Assembly: GCF_000341395.1 (NCBI RefSeq)
Contig: NC_020304.1
Location: 2,370,001-2,402,000 of the forward strand
Length of the DNA: 32,000 bases
Direction: 5' to 3'
DNA from: Desulfocapsa sulfexigens DSM 10523
GTDB taxonomy: Bacteria; Desulfobacterota; Desulfobulbia; Desulfobulbales; Desulfocapsaceae
The notes under the pieces were generated by a model that saw only the letters and a list, made by a program, of their open reading frames with translations, had not been told where the DNA came from and did no database searches. Shown one piece after another: positions 1 to 9,488 of this stretch. The translations under genes and the position numbers were made by a program. Position 1 is the first letter of the stretch, and each line of letters opens with the position of its first letter.

Positions 1-61
1 TCCAATGTGGACTCCTTTTGCGTTGATATATTGTGAGTAAAAGCTTTTGTGATTGATTGCA

Positions 62-2020
62 TCAAATAGCCTTCACTATCGGAATTGTCAATCGTTGTGA
101 AGATTGAAGACTGCTGAAATCGAGGTTTGCGTTGTATTTCTTTAATAGCCAGAGTGGGAGGTCGAATTTTTTTGTGCAAATTTCCCAAACAGTATCACCT
201 TTTTTTACCGTATATGAACTGACTCCGACAATTTTGTAGGCACTAAAGAAATCTTCCTCAGTTTCCAGGTGAAAGTCAAATCGTTTTTCTTCAAATTGTT
301 TGGCTGAGACATTATTTAAGAGAATTTTAATATCCTCGTCGGGGTGAAGTTCCCGGTTGTGAGAGAAGTTGTTTAAGTTGCGAAGCTCAGTTGCTGATAC
401 TTGGAGCCAGTCGGCAAGGAGTTTTAGTGATTCCTCGGGGAAGACTGTTATTGTTCCCAGGGTTGTGGCGTTTGTTCTCAATATGTTTCGGACACCCAGA
501 GAGCCCAAAACTACGCTTCGGGCTCTCTGGATATTAAGCCATTGAGGTTTTTGTTTTTTCTCGTCGGCTAGTAATGGCAGTGTCCTTGAAGCATCTACTG
601 CGATTCTGGTTTTAGCGGGTTGATTAAATGTTTTTTGCTTTTGGGGCCGGATGGCCTGTGATGATTTTGAGGAGCTGTCAGGGATACGCAGGTTCTGTCC
701 AACAAAAATGGCTGCGTTTTTATCAAGATTGTTGGCATGGCGTAGCGACTTGAGGCTGACCTTATACTTCTGTGCAATTTTTCCAGCGCTGTCGCCTGCT
801 TTCACCCGGTGGAAGTTTGTTGGTTTTTGTTTTCCATGATAAATATGGGGAGGAATCTTAGCGATGAGACTTTTGTGTCGACTGGTGTATGGGAGGTGCA
901 GGGTGTAGCCCTTGGGAATATACTTGTTTCCCTGGAAAACGGAGCGCCTGAGGGCAGGGTTGAATTGTTTGAGGGTTTGCTCGGAAATGTTAAAATGACT
1001 CAGTATATCCTGGGCAGAGATGTATGCGGGAAGGGTATACTTCAAGCTTGAACGAGGCGCCTTACGTTGAATGGCTGGATCTTTCTCAAGCCTTTTAGCT
1101 ACCTGAACAGCAGCAAGAAATTCGGAGTAAAAATTTCGTGATGCAAATTTGAAATACCCCTGTTCATAGTCTGAAAAAATTTTTTCATAGCCAGAATGGG
1201 CTTTTTGGGCTCGAAGCATTCCTGCCGGGCCATAGTTGTATGCGGTGATTGCCAGTGGCCAGTTGCCGAGGAGTTTATAGTTGTTTTTGAGGAATGTGGC
1301 AGCAGCATGGCTTGCAAGAATGGGATCCTGTCTTTCATCAACAGCATAGTCGATGTTGAGAAACTGTTCTCCCGTGGAGCGTGTGAATTGCCAAATCCCG
1401 GAGGCCCCGAATTTAGAATAGGCATTGATGTTAAATGACGATTCCACATGGGGAAGATAGGCAAGATCCAGAGGAAGACCCTGGCGTGAAAAGATGCTTT
1501 TGATCTCATCCATGTATGCTCCTGATTGAATAACACCATCAAGGAATCGATCTTTCTGGCCTATCTGAACCCGGACAGATGATGCCGCAGTTTTAAAACG
1601 CGCAGGATTGCTTGTCCCGAAGAGGGAGGCAACTCTTTTTTCCTCTCTGGTCTGTGGCTGTATGCCCTGTGCCAGTTTGGTCAGGATTTGAGTATATTTG
1701 TTTTTAATACCCTTGAAAATCGGTTGGTTGACTTTGGAGGCACCGGGCAGGCGATGGCTGAATATCGGGAGTACCTCGTAGATAATACTAAGGTCGTTGG
1801 AGTCGTGAATTACCGCTTGACTGGTGGAATACTCACTGTAGATTTTGTCCCAGAAACGGACATTTTTGGCAATAACCGGGTAGTGGGGAAAAGGGGTAGC
1901 GCCAAAAATGGGTGCTGGGCAGAGGAACAGAAAAAAGAGCAGACCGACAGGCAGGAGGCGTAATTGTGGCGAGCTTGAGATCATTGTGAAAATAGCTTTA
2001 TACAGGTTGAATCCTTGCAT
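62..2020 (-). CDS. mltD: Membrane-bound lytic murein transglycosylase D-like protein: N-terminal signal/anchor, SLT catalytic domain, C-terminal LysM repeats
   Basis: 652-aa ORF. Hydrophobic N-terminus (LLPVGLLFFLFLCPAPIFGA). SLT-type motif GASGIWQFTRSTG with AYNYGPAGM. At least two LysM-like repeats (HRVKAGDSAGKIAQKYKVSLKSL...GQNLRIP and YTVKKGDTVWEICTKKFDLPLWLL...SQRLTIP). Start codon choice is uncertain because there is no clear SD. Confidence 0.85.
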   Translation of the reverse strand: MQGFNLYKAIFTMISSSPQLRLLPVGLLFFLFLCPAPIFGATPFPHYPVIAKNVRFWDKIYSEYSTSQAVIHDSNDLSIIYEVLPIFSHRLPGASKVNQPIFKGIKNKYTQILTKLAQGIQPQTREEKRVASLFGTSNPARFKTAASSVRVQIGQKDRFLDGVIQSGAYMDEIKSIFSRQGLPLDLAYLPHVESSFNINAYSKFGASGIWQFTRSTGEQFLNIDYAVDERQDPILASHAAATFLKNNYKLLGNWPLAITAYNYGPAGMLRAQKAHSGYEKIFSDYEQGYFKFASRNFYSEFLAAVQVAKRLEKDPAIQRKAPRSSLKYTLPAYISAQDILSHFNISEQTLKQFNPALRRSVFQGNKYIPKGYTLHLPYTSRHKSLIAKIPPHIYHGKQKPTNFHRVKAGDSAGKIAQKYKVSLKSLRHANNLDKNAAIFVGQNLRIPDSSSKSSQAIRPQKQKTFNQPAKTRIAVDASRTLPLLADEKKQKPQWLNIQRARSVVLGSLGVRNILRTNATTLGTITVFPEESLKLLADWLQVSATELRNLNNFSHNRELHPDEDIKILLNNVSAKQFEEKRFDFHLETEEDFFSAYKIVGVSSYTVKKGDTVWEICTKKFDLPLWLLKKYNANLDFSSLQSSQRLTIPIVKAI

Positions 2021-2135
2021 TGTGTCAGGTTATGTTTTTTTCTGTGAGATAAGAGTCTGAACAGGATAAATAGTGTAGTGGAAATGATGAACAGTCATAT
2101 TAGTATGAACCCCATTAAATCATAAGGAGTGGTTG

Positions 2136-2621
2136 ATGTATACACCTATCTTGGCAACACTTGGATTTATCCTTTCGAAGGATAAAAAGAGGGTGCTGTT
2201 GATTCATAGAAACAAGAGAGTTGGAGATCAGCACCTGGGTAAGTATAATGGTCTTGGGGGGAAAATGGAAGCTGGTGAGGACGCATTGTCGTGCCTGAAA
2301 AGGGAAGTTTACGAGGAAGCGGGAATTGAATGTGCGGAGGTTGAGCTTCGGGGTACTGTTAACTGGCCGGGTTTTGGTGTAAAAGGTGAGCACTGGTTTG
2401 GATTTATCTTTTTGGTGACGAAGTATCGGGGAGAACCTCGAACATCGAATGAAGAGGGGGATCTTCACTGGATGTATATCTCCGAGCTTCCAGATCTCCC
2501 TATGTGGGAGGGGGACAGGTTTTTTTTACCCCTTGTCTTCGATGGGGATCCCAATCCCTTTCACGGTCATATGCCATACAAGAACGGTTCACCGACGGGA
2601 TGGCAATATTCTCGTGGTTAG
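2136..2621 (+). CDS. NUDIX hydrolase (MutT/8-oxo-dGTPase-like)
   Basis: Nudix box visible: GGKMEAGEDALSCLKREVYEEAGIE (GX5EX7REUXEEXGU). ATG at 2136 lies 6 nt after AAGGAG (2124-2129). The ORF track starts one codon earlier at a TTG. Confidence 0.85.
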   Translation: MYTPILATLGFILSKDKKRVLLIHRNKRVGDQHLGKYNGLGGKMEAGEDALSCLKREVYEEAGIECAEVELRGTVNWPGFGVKGEHWFGFIFLVTKYRGEPRTSNEEGDLHWMYISELPDLPMWEGDRFFLPLVFDGDPNPFHGHMPYKNGSPTGWQYSRG

Positions 2622-2626
2622 CATGC

Positions 2627-2654
2627 TTGCAATAAAACAAATCATAGGTATAAT
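2627..2654 (+). promoter_or_regulatory. Sigma70-type promoter candidate for the zapB-like/zapA unit
   Basis: TTGCAA (2627-2632), a 16-nt spacer, then TATAAT (2649-2654), about 55 nt upstream of the 2711 start. Confidence 0.4.
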
Positions 2655-2710
2655 TGTGTAAAATTGTTAATTGAACCCTATTTGTTTTTATTTATATTGG
2701 AGTGATCGTA

Positions 2711-3040
2711 ATGACTGAAGAAAATGAACTTGTAAGACTTGAGCAATTTGTTTCGACTCTGCTTGCTAAATTCAATGCTCTACGGGATGAAAGCAAGAAG
2801 CTGACAGAACGTCTGCAGAGGCGTGAGGCTACTATTGAAACTCTGCAGGATGAGCTTGCGGCCATGAAAAATGAACGCGGAGATATTTCTTCCAGAGTTA
2901 GTAGTCTGATAGGAAAAATCGAAGAGTGGGAGTCAGAAGGTGAAATCTCCACTGAGGACGTCGAACCTACTGAAAAACATTCTGATTCCGGAGTGCAGGG
3001 AAATCTGTTTTCCGTGGATGCTATGAGAAGCAATAGTTGA
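2711..3040 (+). CDS. ZapB-like coiled-coil cell-division protein
   Basis: Small, heptad-rich, acidic protein (LVRLEQFVSTLLAKFNALRDESKKLTERLQRREATIETLQDELAAMKNE) immediately upstream of zapA. GGAG lies 9 nt before the ATG at 2711. The assignment rests on composition and synteny, not on a diagnostic motif. Confidence 0.5.
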   Translation: MTEENELVRLEQFVSTLLAKFNALRDESKKLTERLQRREATIETLQDELAAMKNERGDISSRVSSLIGKIEEWESEGEISTEDVEPTEKHSDSGVQGNLFSVDAMRSNS

Positions 3041-3088
3041 GTACTCACACTGGAAACATTACCCTGCATTAGTTGAGAGGTAGATCTG

Positions 3089-3400
3089 TTGGAACGACTT
3101 GTTCGTTTTAAACTCATAGGGCTTGAATTTGCCTTTTATACCAGTGCACCTGAAGAGGAGGTGGACGAGATTATTGCAATGGTGACAGATCTTGTTGAGG
3201 AGAACCGTTCTTCCGGGACTGCTGGAAGTGTTGCTGTGGGTAAGGTTGCGGTACTGGCCAGTCTTAATATAGCCTCAAGATATGTTGAATTAAAACGAAA
3301 CTTTAATGATTATAAGCAGGAGACTGAAAGTAGATTGATTCGGCTTGGCAAACGGATCAGTGAGGAAATCGAAGAAGAAAAGAAGCTTTCATCAAGATAA
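3089..3400 (+). CDS. zapA: Cell division protein ZapA
   Basis: 103 aa with the typical ZapA layout: N-terminal beta region (VRFKLIGLEFAFYTSAPEEEVDEI), VAVLASLNIASRYVELK and a C-terminal coiled coil. TTG start 10 nt after GAGAGG. Confidence 0.7.
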   Translation: MERLVRFKLIGLEFAFYTSAPEEEVDEIIAMVTDLVEENRSSGTAGSVAVGKVAVLASLNIASRYVELKRNFNDYKQETESRLIRLGKRISEEIEEEKKLSSR

Positions 3401-3436
3401 CCTGTTTTTTTTCGAGAACTTTGCTATACTAGGCTG

Positions 3437-3672
3437 AGTTAAGAAGAGTTTACAGTTTTCCCTGGCCTGTTGGTGATTTTCAGTGTTGTTGAGCCAACTC
3501 TCTTAAAAAGGGTAACTCCTCTGTATCAGAATGGAAAATCGCTTGCGAATTACCAGATGGATATATGAGTGTGCCCACCTATTTAATAGGTTTAACGTTC
3601 CTGGAGACACGGCAGGGTGGGGAAATTTATTTTTTCTCAGAACAAAAGCATCGCATTGTTTTTGTTCTGTTT
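3437..3672 (+). ncRNA. ssrS: Candidate 6S RNA (ssrS) with its own extended -10 promoter and a 3' hairpin
   Basis: The position directly downstream of zapA matches the ssrS locus in E. coli and many proteobacteria. TGcTATACT extended -10 at 3422-3430. Long-range complementarity consistent with a 6S closing stem: 3456-3462 ttttccc pairs with 3619-3625 ggggaaa, and 3466-3469 cctg pairs with 3613-3616 cagg, enclosing about 150 nt. A perfect 10-bp hairpin (3638-3647 cagaacaaaa with 3660-3669 ttttgttctg) follows. No credible ORF in the region. I did not verify this with a covariance model. Confidence 0.35.
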
Positions 3673-4025
3673 GCATATTCTGGAAAGTTTTGCAATATAT
3701 GTAATGCTTTCAAGAAATTACCGACAGAATTGACTGCGGTAGGAATAAAGAGTTTCTGGAAAAATAGGAAGTATAGAGTCTGTCTATATCCACTGTTTCA
3801 TGGGCAAGTTTATGAGGCAGCCGATTTTATATAGTATGAAAAAACAGCTGGTTGTTGCTGATTGTTCCGTAAAAGTTCTTTGTTTATTGTTCTGTCACTG
3901 GCAGGAACAGAGAGCATATGTAAAGGATGAAATTTCCGATTTTACGGAAATGACGGGATGGTGAAAAACTGGAGTGTTTGCAGGTTCACCAGGTGCGTCC
4001 TTAAACTGTTTTTTTCTCGGGCGGA

Positions 4026-4054
4026 TTAAACATACAGTTTGCATTTGTTATAAT
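4026..4054 (+). promoter_or_regulatory. Sigma70-type promoter candidate for rny (extended -10)
   Basis: TGtTATAAT at 4046-4054 with a weak -35 (TTAAAC, 4026-4031) at 17-nt spacing. This would give a leader of about 150 nt containing a CCCCTT/AAGGGG hairpin (about 4128-4146). Confidence 0.3.
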
Positions 4055-4204
4055 GGCCGTGGAAAGCGTTCCTTGAATTTTTTGGGGCGCTGTATGGGCT
4101 TCACAAATGCTATTTCCTCATTATTACCCCCTTTTTTCTAAGGGGTTCTCCACTTACTCCTATCTCATTATCACATTCATGTCTGTTGTCATGGGAGAAC
4201 TTTT

Positions 4205-5764
4205 GTGGATTTTCAATTAATTATATATCTTGGTGGGGGACTTGTCGCTGGTATTGCAGTGGGGATTTTACTGCGAAAGCGGCTTGTTGAGGGCCATGAG
4301 GCCAATATTAATGCTCAAGGGAAGCTGATCATTGAAACAGCTATTTCTCAGGCTGAGCAAATAAAAAAGGAATCGCTGCTAAAGGCGAAGGAAGCTGCCT
4401 ACAAACAGAAGCAGAATGCCGAGGAAGAGATACGAAAAGAAAAACTGGAACTCAAAGAAGAGCTGCAACGGCTTGGGCAAAAGAAGGAACAGTTAAAACA
4501 GGAGTGGACAACTCTGGATACGCGGCGGAGTGATCAGGAGAAACATTCCGAATATCTGAAAACTCAGGAAAAAGAACTGCTGGAAAAGAATAAAGAAGCC
4601 GAGCTTCTTATCGGTAAGCAGCGGTTTGAACTGGAAAAGCTTTCAGGACTTAGTCAGGATGAAGCCAAGAAAATGCTCATGGAGTCTCTTGAGAGTGAAG
4701 CTCGTATGGATGCAGCAAAACGATTGGCCCGGATCGAAAATGAGATGAAAATGGAGGCCGACCGTAAGGGGAAGAACATCCTGGCGCTTGCCATTTCCCG
4801 CTATGCCGGCGACTACGTTGCTGATAAAACGGTGTCCATGGTTCCCCTGCCAAACGATGAGATGAAGGGACGGATCATCGGTCGTGAAGGACGCAATATC
4901 AGAGCCATAGAAGCTGCAACGGGTATTGATATCATTATTGATGATACCCCGGAAGCCGTTATTTTGTCAGGATTTAATCCAGTGCGTCGTGAGGTCGCCC
5001 GACTGGCCTTACTGCAACTTATTACCGATGGTCGAATTCACCCGGCACGAATAGAGGAAGTTGTTGAAAAGGTAACCAAGGAGCTTGAAGTTGTAATGAG
5101 GGAGGCTGGTGAACAGGCAACTTTTGATGTTGGTTGTCATGGAGTTCACGTGGAATTGATTAATCTTCTTGGACGGTTGAAGTACAGAACGAGTTATGGC
5201 CAGAATGTGTTGCAGCATTCCCTCGAAGTGGCCTTCCTTTGCGGAATTATGGCTGCCGAGCTTGGTATTGACGTGAAAATGGCTAAGAGAGCCGGATTAC
5301 TTCACGATATTGGCAAGGCAGTAGATCATGAGGTTGAAGGGTCTCATGCCGTAATAGGGCGTGATCTTGCCAAGAAATATGGTGAACCTGAAGCAGTTGT
5401 CTATGCAATCGGTGCTCATCATGAGGATCAGCCACCACAGTCTGTGCTTGATATTCTGGTGCAGTCTGCCGATGCACTTTCAGGTGCACGACCCGGGGCA
5501 CGAAAGGAGATGCTCCAGTCCTACGTGAAACGACTTGAGGATCTTGAAGCCATTGCAGATGCTTTTGAAGGTGTGGATAAATCCTATGCTATTCAGGCTG
5601 GTCGTGATTTACGGATTATAGTCGACTCTCAGAAGGTGAAGGATGGTGAGGCGACTCTTCTCAGTCAGGATATTGCAAAGGCCATTGAAGAGAAACTGAC
5701 CTATCCCGGCCAGATACGGGTGACGGTGATTCGAGAAACACGTGCAGTACAGTATGCAAGGTAA
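4205..5764 (+). CDS. rny: Ribonuclease Y
   Basis: 519 aa. N-terminal TM helix ([18 protein letters not shown]), a long Lys/Glu coiled coil, a KH domain ([26 protein letters not shown]) and an HD domain ([18 protein letters not shown]...GAHHED). GTG start. Confidence 0.95.
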   Translation: MDFQLIIYLGGGLVAGIAVGILLRKRLVEGHEANINAQGKLIIETAISQAEQIKKESLLKAKEAAYKQKQNAEEEIRKEKLELKEELQRLGQKKEQLKQEWTTLDTRRSDQEKHSEYLKTQEKELLEKNKEAELLIGKQRFELEKLSGLSQDEAKKMLMESLESEARMDAAKRLARIENEMKMEADRKGKNILALAISRYAGDYVADKTVSMVPLPNDEMKGRIIGREGRNIRAIEAATGIDIIIDDTPEAVILSGFNPVRREVARLALLQLITDGRIHPARIEEVVEKVTKELEVVMREAGEQATFDVGCHGVHVELINLLGRLKYRTSYGQNVLQHSLEVAFLCGIMAAELGIDVKMAKRAGLLHDIGKAVDHEVEGSHAVIGRDLAKKYGEPEAVVYAIGAHHEDQPPQSVLDILVQSADALSGARPGARKEMLQSYVKRLEDLEAIADAFEGVDKSYAIQAGRDLRIIVDSQKVKDGEATLLSQDIAKAIEEKLTYPGQIRVTVIRETRAVQYAR

Positions 5765-5797
5765 AAGAATAAATTCCTAATTTTATATAAACGTAAA

Positions 5798-7009
5798 ATG
5801 GCAACGATAGAAGAACAAATAACTCTACTCGAAAGAGGAGTGGTTGACTGTATTGGTCATGATGAACTGCTCAAAAAACTGAAGAAATCTCAAGAAAGTG
5901 GTGTTCCGCTCAGGATAAAAGCAGGTTTTGATCCAACGGCCCCCGATCTTCATCTGGGGCATACGGTTTTACTTCAGAAGTTAAAGCATTTTCAGGATTT
6001 AGGTCACGATGTTTTTTTTCTCATCGGCGACTTTACTGGAATGATAGGAGATCCGACAGGAAAGTCTGAAACCAGAAAAGCACTCACTCGTGAAGATGTC
6101 GCAGCCAACGCTGAAAGTTATAAGGAACAGGTTTTTAAAATTCTTGATCCTGAGAAAACCAAAGTTGTGTTTAATTCAGAGTGGCTTGGCAAGCTTGATT
6201 CCTTTGATATGATTCGTCTTGCATCAGAACTGACTGTTGCCAGGATGCTTGAACGTGAAGATTTCAAGGTCAGATTTCGTGAAGGAAATCCTATTTCCAT
6301 TCATGAATTTATGTACCCTCTCATTCAGGGCTATGATTCCGTTGCACTTGAAGCGGATGTGGAGCTTGGTGGAACAGATCAGCTGTTCAACCTGCTGATG
6401 GGGCGTGATCTACAGCGTTCAAGGGGGCAGGAACCTCAGGTGGTCATGACTCTTCCTCTTCTCGAAGGACTCGATGGCGTAAATAAGATGAGCAAATCTC
6501 TTGGAAACTATATTGGAGTTTCGGAACCTGCCAATGATATTTACGGTAAAGTTCTTTCTGCCTCCGATGAACTTATGTTCCGATACTTCGATCTTCTGAG
6601 TGACCTGAGCCAGGATGAAATTGCTGAGTTGAAGGCGCAGATGGACTCTGGTTCTCTGCATCCAAAGGAGATCAAGAAGCAGTTGGCCCGGGAGCTTACC
6701 GCCAGGTTTCATTCCAGTGAAGCAGCTCAACAGGCAGAAGAAAATTTTGAGAAAGTATTCCGCAAGGGTGGTCTTCCCGATGATATTGTTGAGAAGAGAA
6801 TTCATTCCAATGACGACATCTGGCTGCCCCAGCTTCTCGTTGATCTTGAAATGGTGAAGTCAACTTCCGATGGGCGTCGTATGATCAAACAGAATGCGGT
6901 ATCTCTTGATGGGGAGAAGGTGACGGATATGAATAAAAATGTCACCCCTCGGGGGAGTATACTGGTGAAAGTGGGTAAACTTCGTTTTTGTAAGGTGATT
7001 TTCGAATAA
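5798..7009 (+). CDS. tyrS: Tyrosine--tRNA ligase
   Basis: HIGH-type motif (PDLHLGH), KMSKS motif present verbatim, TyrRS-typical [14 protein letters not shown], and a C-terminal S4-like domain ([17 protein letters not shown]). Only 33 nt after rny, so probably co-transcribed. Confidence 0.95.
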   Translation: MATIEEQITLLERGVVDCIGHDELLKKLKKSQESGVPLRIKAGFDPTAPDLHLGHTVLLQKLKHFQDLGHDVFFLIGDFTGMIGDPTGKSETRKALTREDVAANAESYKEQVFKILDPEKTKVVFNSEWLGKLDSFDMIRLASELTVARMLEREDFKVRFREGNPISIHEFMYPLIQGYDSVALEADVELGGTDQLFNLLMGRDLQRSRGQEPQVVMTLPLLEGLDGVNKMSKSLGNYIGVSEPANDIYGKVLSASDELMFRYFDLLSDLSQDEIAELKAQMDSGSLHPKEIKKQLARELTARFHSSEAAQQAEENFEKVFRKGGLPDDIVEKRIHSNDDIWLPQLLVDLEMVKSTSDGRRMIKQNAVSLDGEKVTDMNKNVTPRGSILVKVGKLRFCKVIFE

Positions 7010-7028
7010 TTTCTTTTGAAAAAATATA

Positions 7029-7070
7029 AAATAAGGCCCGTTGGAATACATTCCAGCGGGCCTTATTTTT
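7029..7070. terminator. Bidirectional rho-independent terminator between tyrS (+) and the Fur-family gene (-)
   Basis: A stem of about 14 bp (aaggcccgttggaa ... ttccagcgggcctt, one G-U pair) with loop taca. It is flanked by an A-run on the 5' side and a T-run on the 3' side, so it reads as a terminator on both strands. Confidence 0.8.
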
Positions 7071-7128
7071 TACCTTTCTGCTACTGAAAATAGCCTGAAA
7101 AATGAGGGTTGACTGCCGTTTACTGGTC

Positions 7129-7545
7129 TCAGTTAACAAGCACCTCAGAATCAGTGTTACTGCACTCGCTGCAAATTCCTGAAAATTCTATGTGGTGGCC
7201 GAGAACCTGATATTGACTTAGATCAGCGGCTGTTTTGTTAATACTGGTCATTACGGGAAGTTCGATATCATCAACCTTACCGCAGCTGAGACAGCGGATG
7301 TGGTAATGAGGGGCAATGGTTGCGTCAAAGCGTTTTTGGGTTCCACCAACTTCGAGCTTCAGGATGATTCCGGTTTCAGCCATAAGTTCAAGGTTTCTGT
7401 AAACAGTTCCCAGGCCAATACGAGGGAGACGTTTTCTCACCATGTCATATACTTCATTTGCAGTGGGATGGGAGGTGACCTTTCCGAGTTCTTCTAAAAT
7501 TATCTGACGCTGAGTTGTCAAACGCATTTGTGGAGTAAGTTGCAT
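7129..7545 (-). CDS. Fur-family metalloregulator (Fur/PerR/Zur type not resolved)
   Basis: 138 aa. Winged-helix region HPTANEVYDMVRKRLPRIGLGTVYRNLELMAETG. Metal-site residues HYHIRCLSCGKV and GHHIEFSGICSECS (two CxxC pairs). AAGGAG SD upstream. Confidence 0.9.
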   Translation of the reverse strand: MQLTPQMRLTTQRQIILEELGKVTSHPTANEVYDMVRKRLPRIGLGTVYRNLELMAETGIILKLEVGGTQKRFDATIAPHYHIRCLSCGKVDDIELPVMTSINKTAADLSQYQVLGHHIEFSGICSECSNTDSEVLVN

Positions 7546-7702
7546 TGTGTGGCTCCTTAAGAAAAAAAGTGAGTGGTAATTATTCTTGAACGCTAATTTA
7601 GATCAATTTGCGTTTTAAGCAAGAGAAAAATGCAAATAAATTTGACATAATGAAGGTGAAAGAGAAGAGTTGTGAAATAAAAAAGAGGTTAAATATGGAT
7701 TC

Positions 7703-8983
7703 CTAACGGATTGGAGGGTTGTAATATCCCAATTGTAACTGCGGAAAATCTGTTTGTATTTTTTCAAGCCACTGGCGCATACCCATTGAAATAATTGATT
7801 GGTCGATGCCTATGCTTCGCATGTACCACTCAGGATCCATGTTTAGATTTCGTAATTGAATACGATCTGGGCGAAAAGTGTTAAGAAGGGTTGACAGTGC
7901 CTCAAATTCTGGGACCGAATCTGTGAAACCGGGAAGGATAAAATAGTTCAGTGAGACAAAAGCACCCTCTTTTTTCATCACTCGAATGGATTCGAGGACA
8001 TCTGAGAGAGAGAAGCCCTGGGGGCGGTAGTATTTATGGTGATAATATTCCTGGGCAGAGTTTATTGATACCCGTAGACTGTCCAATCCTGCACCTGCAA
8101 GGCGCTGAATGGCCTCTGGTAAACTTGCGTTGGAATTAAGGTTGATGGTACCTCGGTCTGTTTTCTTTCGGATCGTTTTTATTGCTTTTTCCAGGGTATC
8201 AGATTGAAGAAGGGGCTCCCCTTCGCAGCCCTGGCCAAAACTCACTATGGCACTATCCGCATTCTGGAGATGGGGAACAGCTACCTGTGCAATTTCAGTG
8301 GGCGTCGGGACAAACTGAATCCTATCCTGAGTGGCAGAACATTTTCCGGATGCCTGGAGAGAAATACAGCCTATACACCTGGCGTTGCAAACAGGAGATG
8401 TCGGTAATGGGGCCTCCCAGCGTCCGAGGAAGTAATTTCTTGCTGCCGGGCAAGCATAGGTCAGGCAACATTTTCCAAGATGCTGAATAAGTCTGTTCTT
8501 TTTATTGTCTTTGAGTTTTCTGGTAGTTCTGGAGTTTATTATCTCCTGATTGAACTGAGTACAGTCCTGACGAATATCATTATCGCTTCGAAAGGCGGTG
8601 GTCCAGAATCTGTCGTCGTACCAGCCGATGGCTGTATAGGCAAACAGAGGAAGGCGGGGGGCATTTGCAGTAGTCTGGTAGGCGCTGTTGAAAATAGCCG
8701 TATGTGCAGGAGACATAAAGGCGGCAACCGCCTGGATAGTCTCATTGGAATAGGGATCTTCTTCTACTAAAAGTGCTTCTCCACTATTGAGATCACACCC
8801 TACGGGAAGGCGACCTGGAAGAACGAAAAGTTCGCTGCCTTCGGGCAGCGGGATAAAATCTTCTTTATCGGGGAGTCTGTAATTTCCTGCACTCATGCCT
8901 GCTGCATGAAGGTCGGGGAGATCCTTTATATTCCCCTGAGCATCACCATATACGAGAAAAGGCTGTCCATCTGGATGAATCAC
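7703..8983 (-). CDS. Radical SAM protein with an N-terminal domain of about 190 aa of unknown function
   Basis: Canonical CX3CX2C cluster motif CNARCIGC (nt 8366-8389). The downstream GQGCEGEPLL is typical of the SAM-binding GGE-like region. I do not recognise the N-terminal half. The GTG start overlaps the stop of the upstream ORF (GTGA, 8980-8983). Confidence 0.8.
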   Translation of the reverse strand: MIHPDGQPFLVYGDAQGNIKDLPDLHAAGMSAGNYRLPDKEDFIPLPEGSELFVLPGRLPVGCDLNSGEALLVEEDPYSNETIQAVAAFMSPAHTAIFNSAYQTTANAPRLPLFAYTAIGWYDDRFWTTAFRSDNDIRQDCTQFNQEIINSRTTRKLKDNKKNRLIQHLGKCCLTYACPAARNYFLGRWEAPLPTSPVCNARCIGCISLQASGKCSATQDRIQFVPTPTEIAQVAVPHLQNADSAIVSFGQGCEGEPLLQSDTLEKAIKTIRKKTDRGTINLNSNASLPEAIQRLAGAGLDSLRVSINSAQEYYHHKYYRPQGFSLSDVLESIRVMKKEGAFVSLNYFILPGFTDSVPEFEALSTLLNTFRPDRIQLRNLNMDPEWYMRSIGIDQSIISMGMRQWLEKIQTDFPQLQLGYYNPPIR

Positions 8984-9408
8984 TGTACTGGTCGGAGAAC
9001 TTTGAATACTGAATCAATAGCGCGGTAAACGTCAAGATCTTCACCGAAAACATCTTCGATTGCTGGATTGTCAATAAGATCTTCAATAACATACCCGGTG
9101 AGGTAAAGGCTCAGGATGTTCGGGTCAGGAACCAGAGTACGGATAGGGGCAACTTTCATCTGGATGTCAAATTCATCCTTTTCAGGAAGACTTTTCAGTT
9201 GGCTGAAAAAAGAATCTCTGACAGCTTGAACGGAATTGATTTCAAGGACATTCCTGTCAATGAGTCGCTGGGTTACCAGTGTGGCAAACTCCTCCGCGTT
9301 GTCACGGGCTTTGTTGAGGATAAAGCGTCGTTCTCTTTCACGTTTTCTGTCAATGGCACGTATGGTTTTGTCCGTGGCATTAGTTGCACTTATATGAGCT
9401 TTGGCCAT
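8980..9408 (-). CDS. Hypothetical 142-aa acidic protein, translationally coupled to the radical SAM gene
   Basis: ORF with GGAGAAC SD-like sequence before the ATG. Basic N-terminus (RKRERERRFILNKARD) and acidic C-terminus. No motif I can name. Confidence 0.55.
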   Translation of the reverse strand: MAKAHISATNATDKTIRAIDRKRERERRFILNKARDNAEEFATLVTQRLIDRNVLEINSVQAVRDSFFSQLKSLPEKDEFDIQMKVAPIRTLVPDPNILSLYLTGYVIEDLIDNPAIEDVFGEDLDVYRAIDSVFKVLRPVQ

Positions 9409-9488
9409 TATGTTCTCCTGTGGAGGAAGCTGTAAATCAAATTTTTCTAAAATTTACAGTATAATCGAGAATCTTCCAATCAAAATTT

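Noticed and set aside
1099-1542. 147-aa minus-strand ORF in a second frame within mltD, and the plus-strand ORFs 651-1438 and 1688-1963
   Set aside because: They overlap a gene with clear SLT and LysM motifs and show no motifs of their own.
3565-3834. 89-aa plus-strand ORF in the zapA-rny gap
   Set aside because: No SD. The composition is odd, rich in Phe, Tyr and Cys. It starts inside the putative 6S closing-stem region. There is nothing to support coding.
7546-7702. Possible Fur box or autoregulatory operator upstream of the Fur-family gene
   Set aside because: I found only weak partial matches (for example gaataattacc and an imperfect aaattgatctaaatt repeat) to the GATAATGATAATCATTATC-type consensus. 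That is not enough to call a site.
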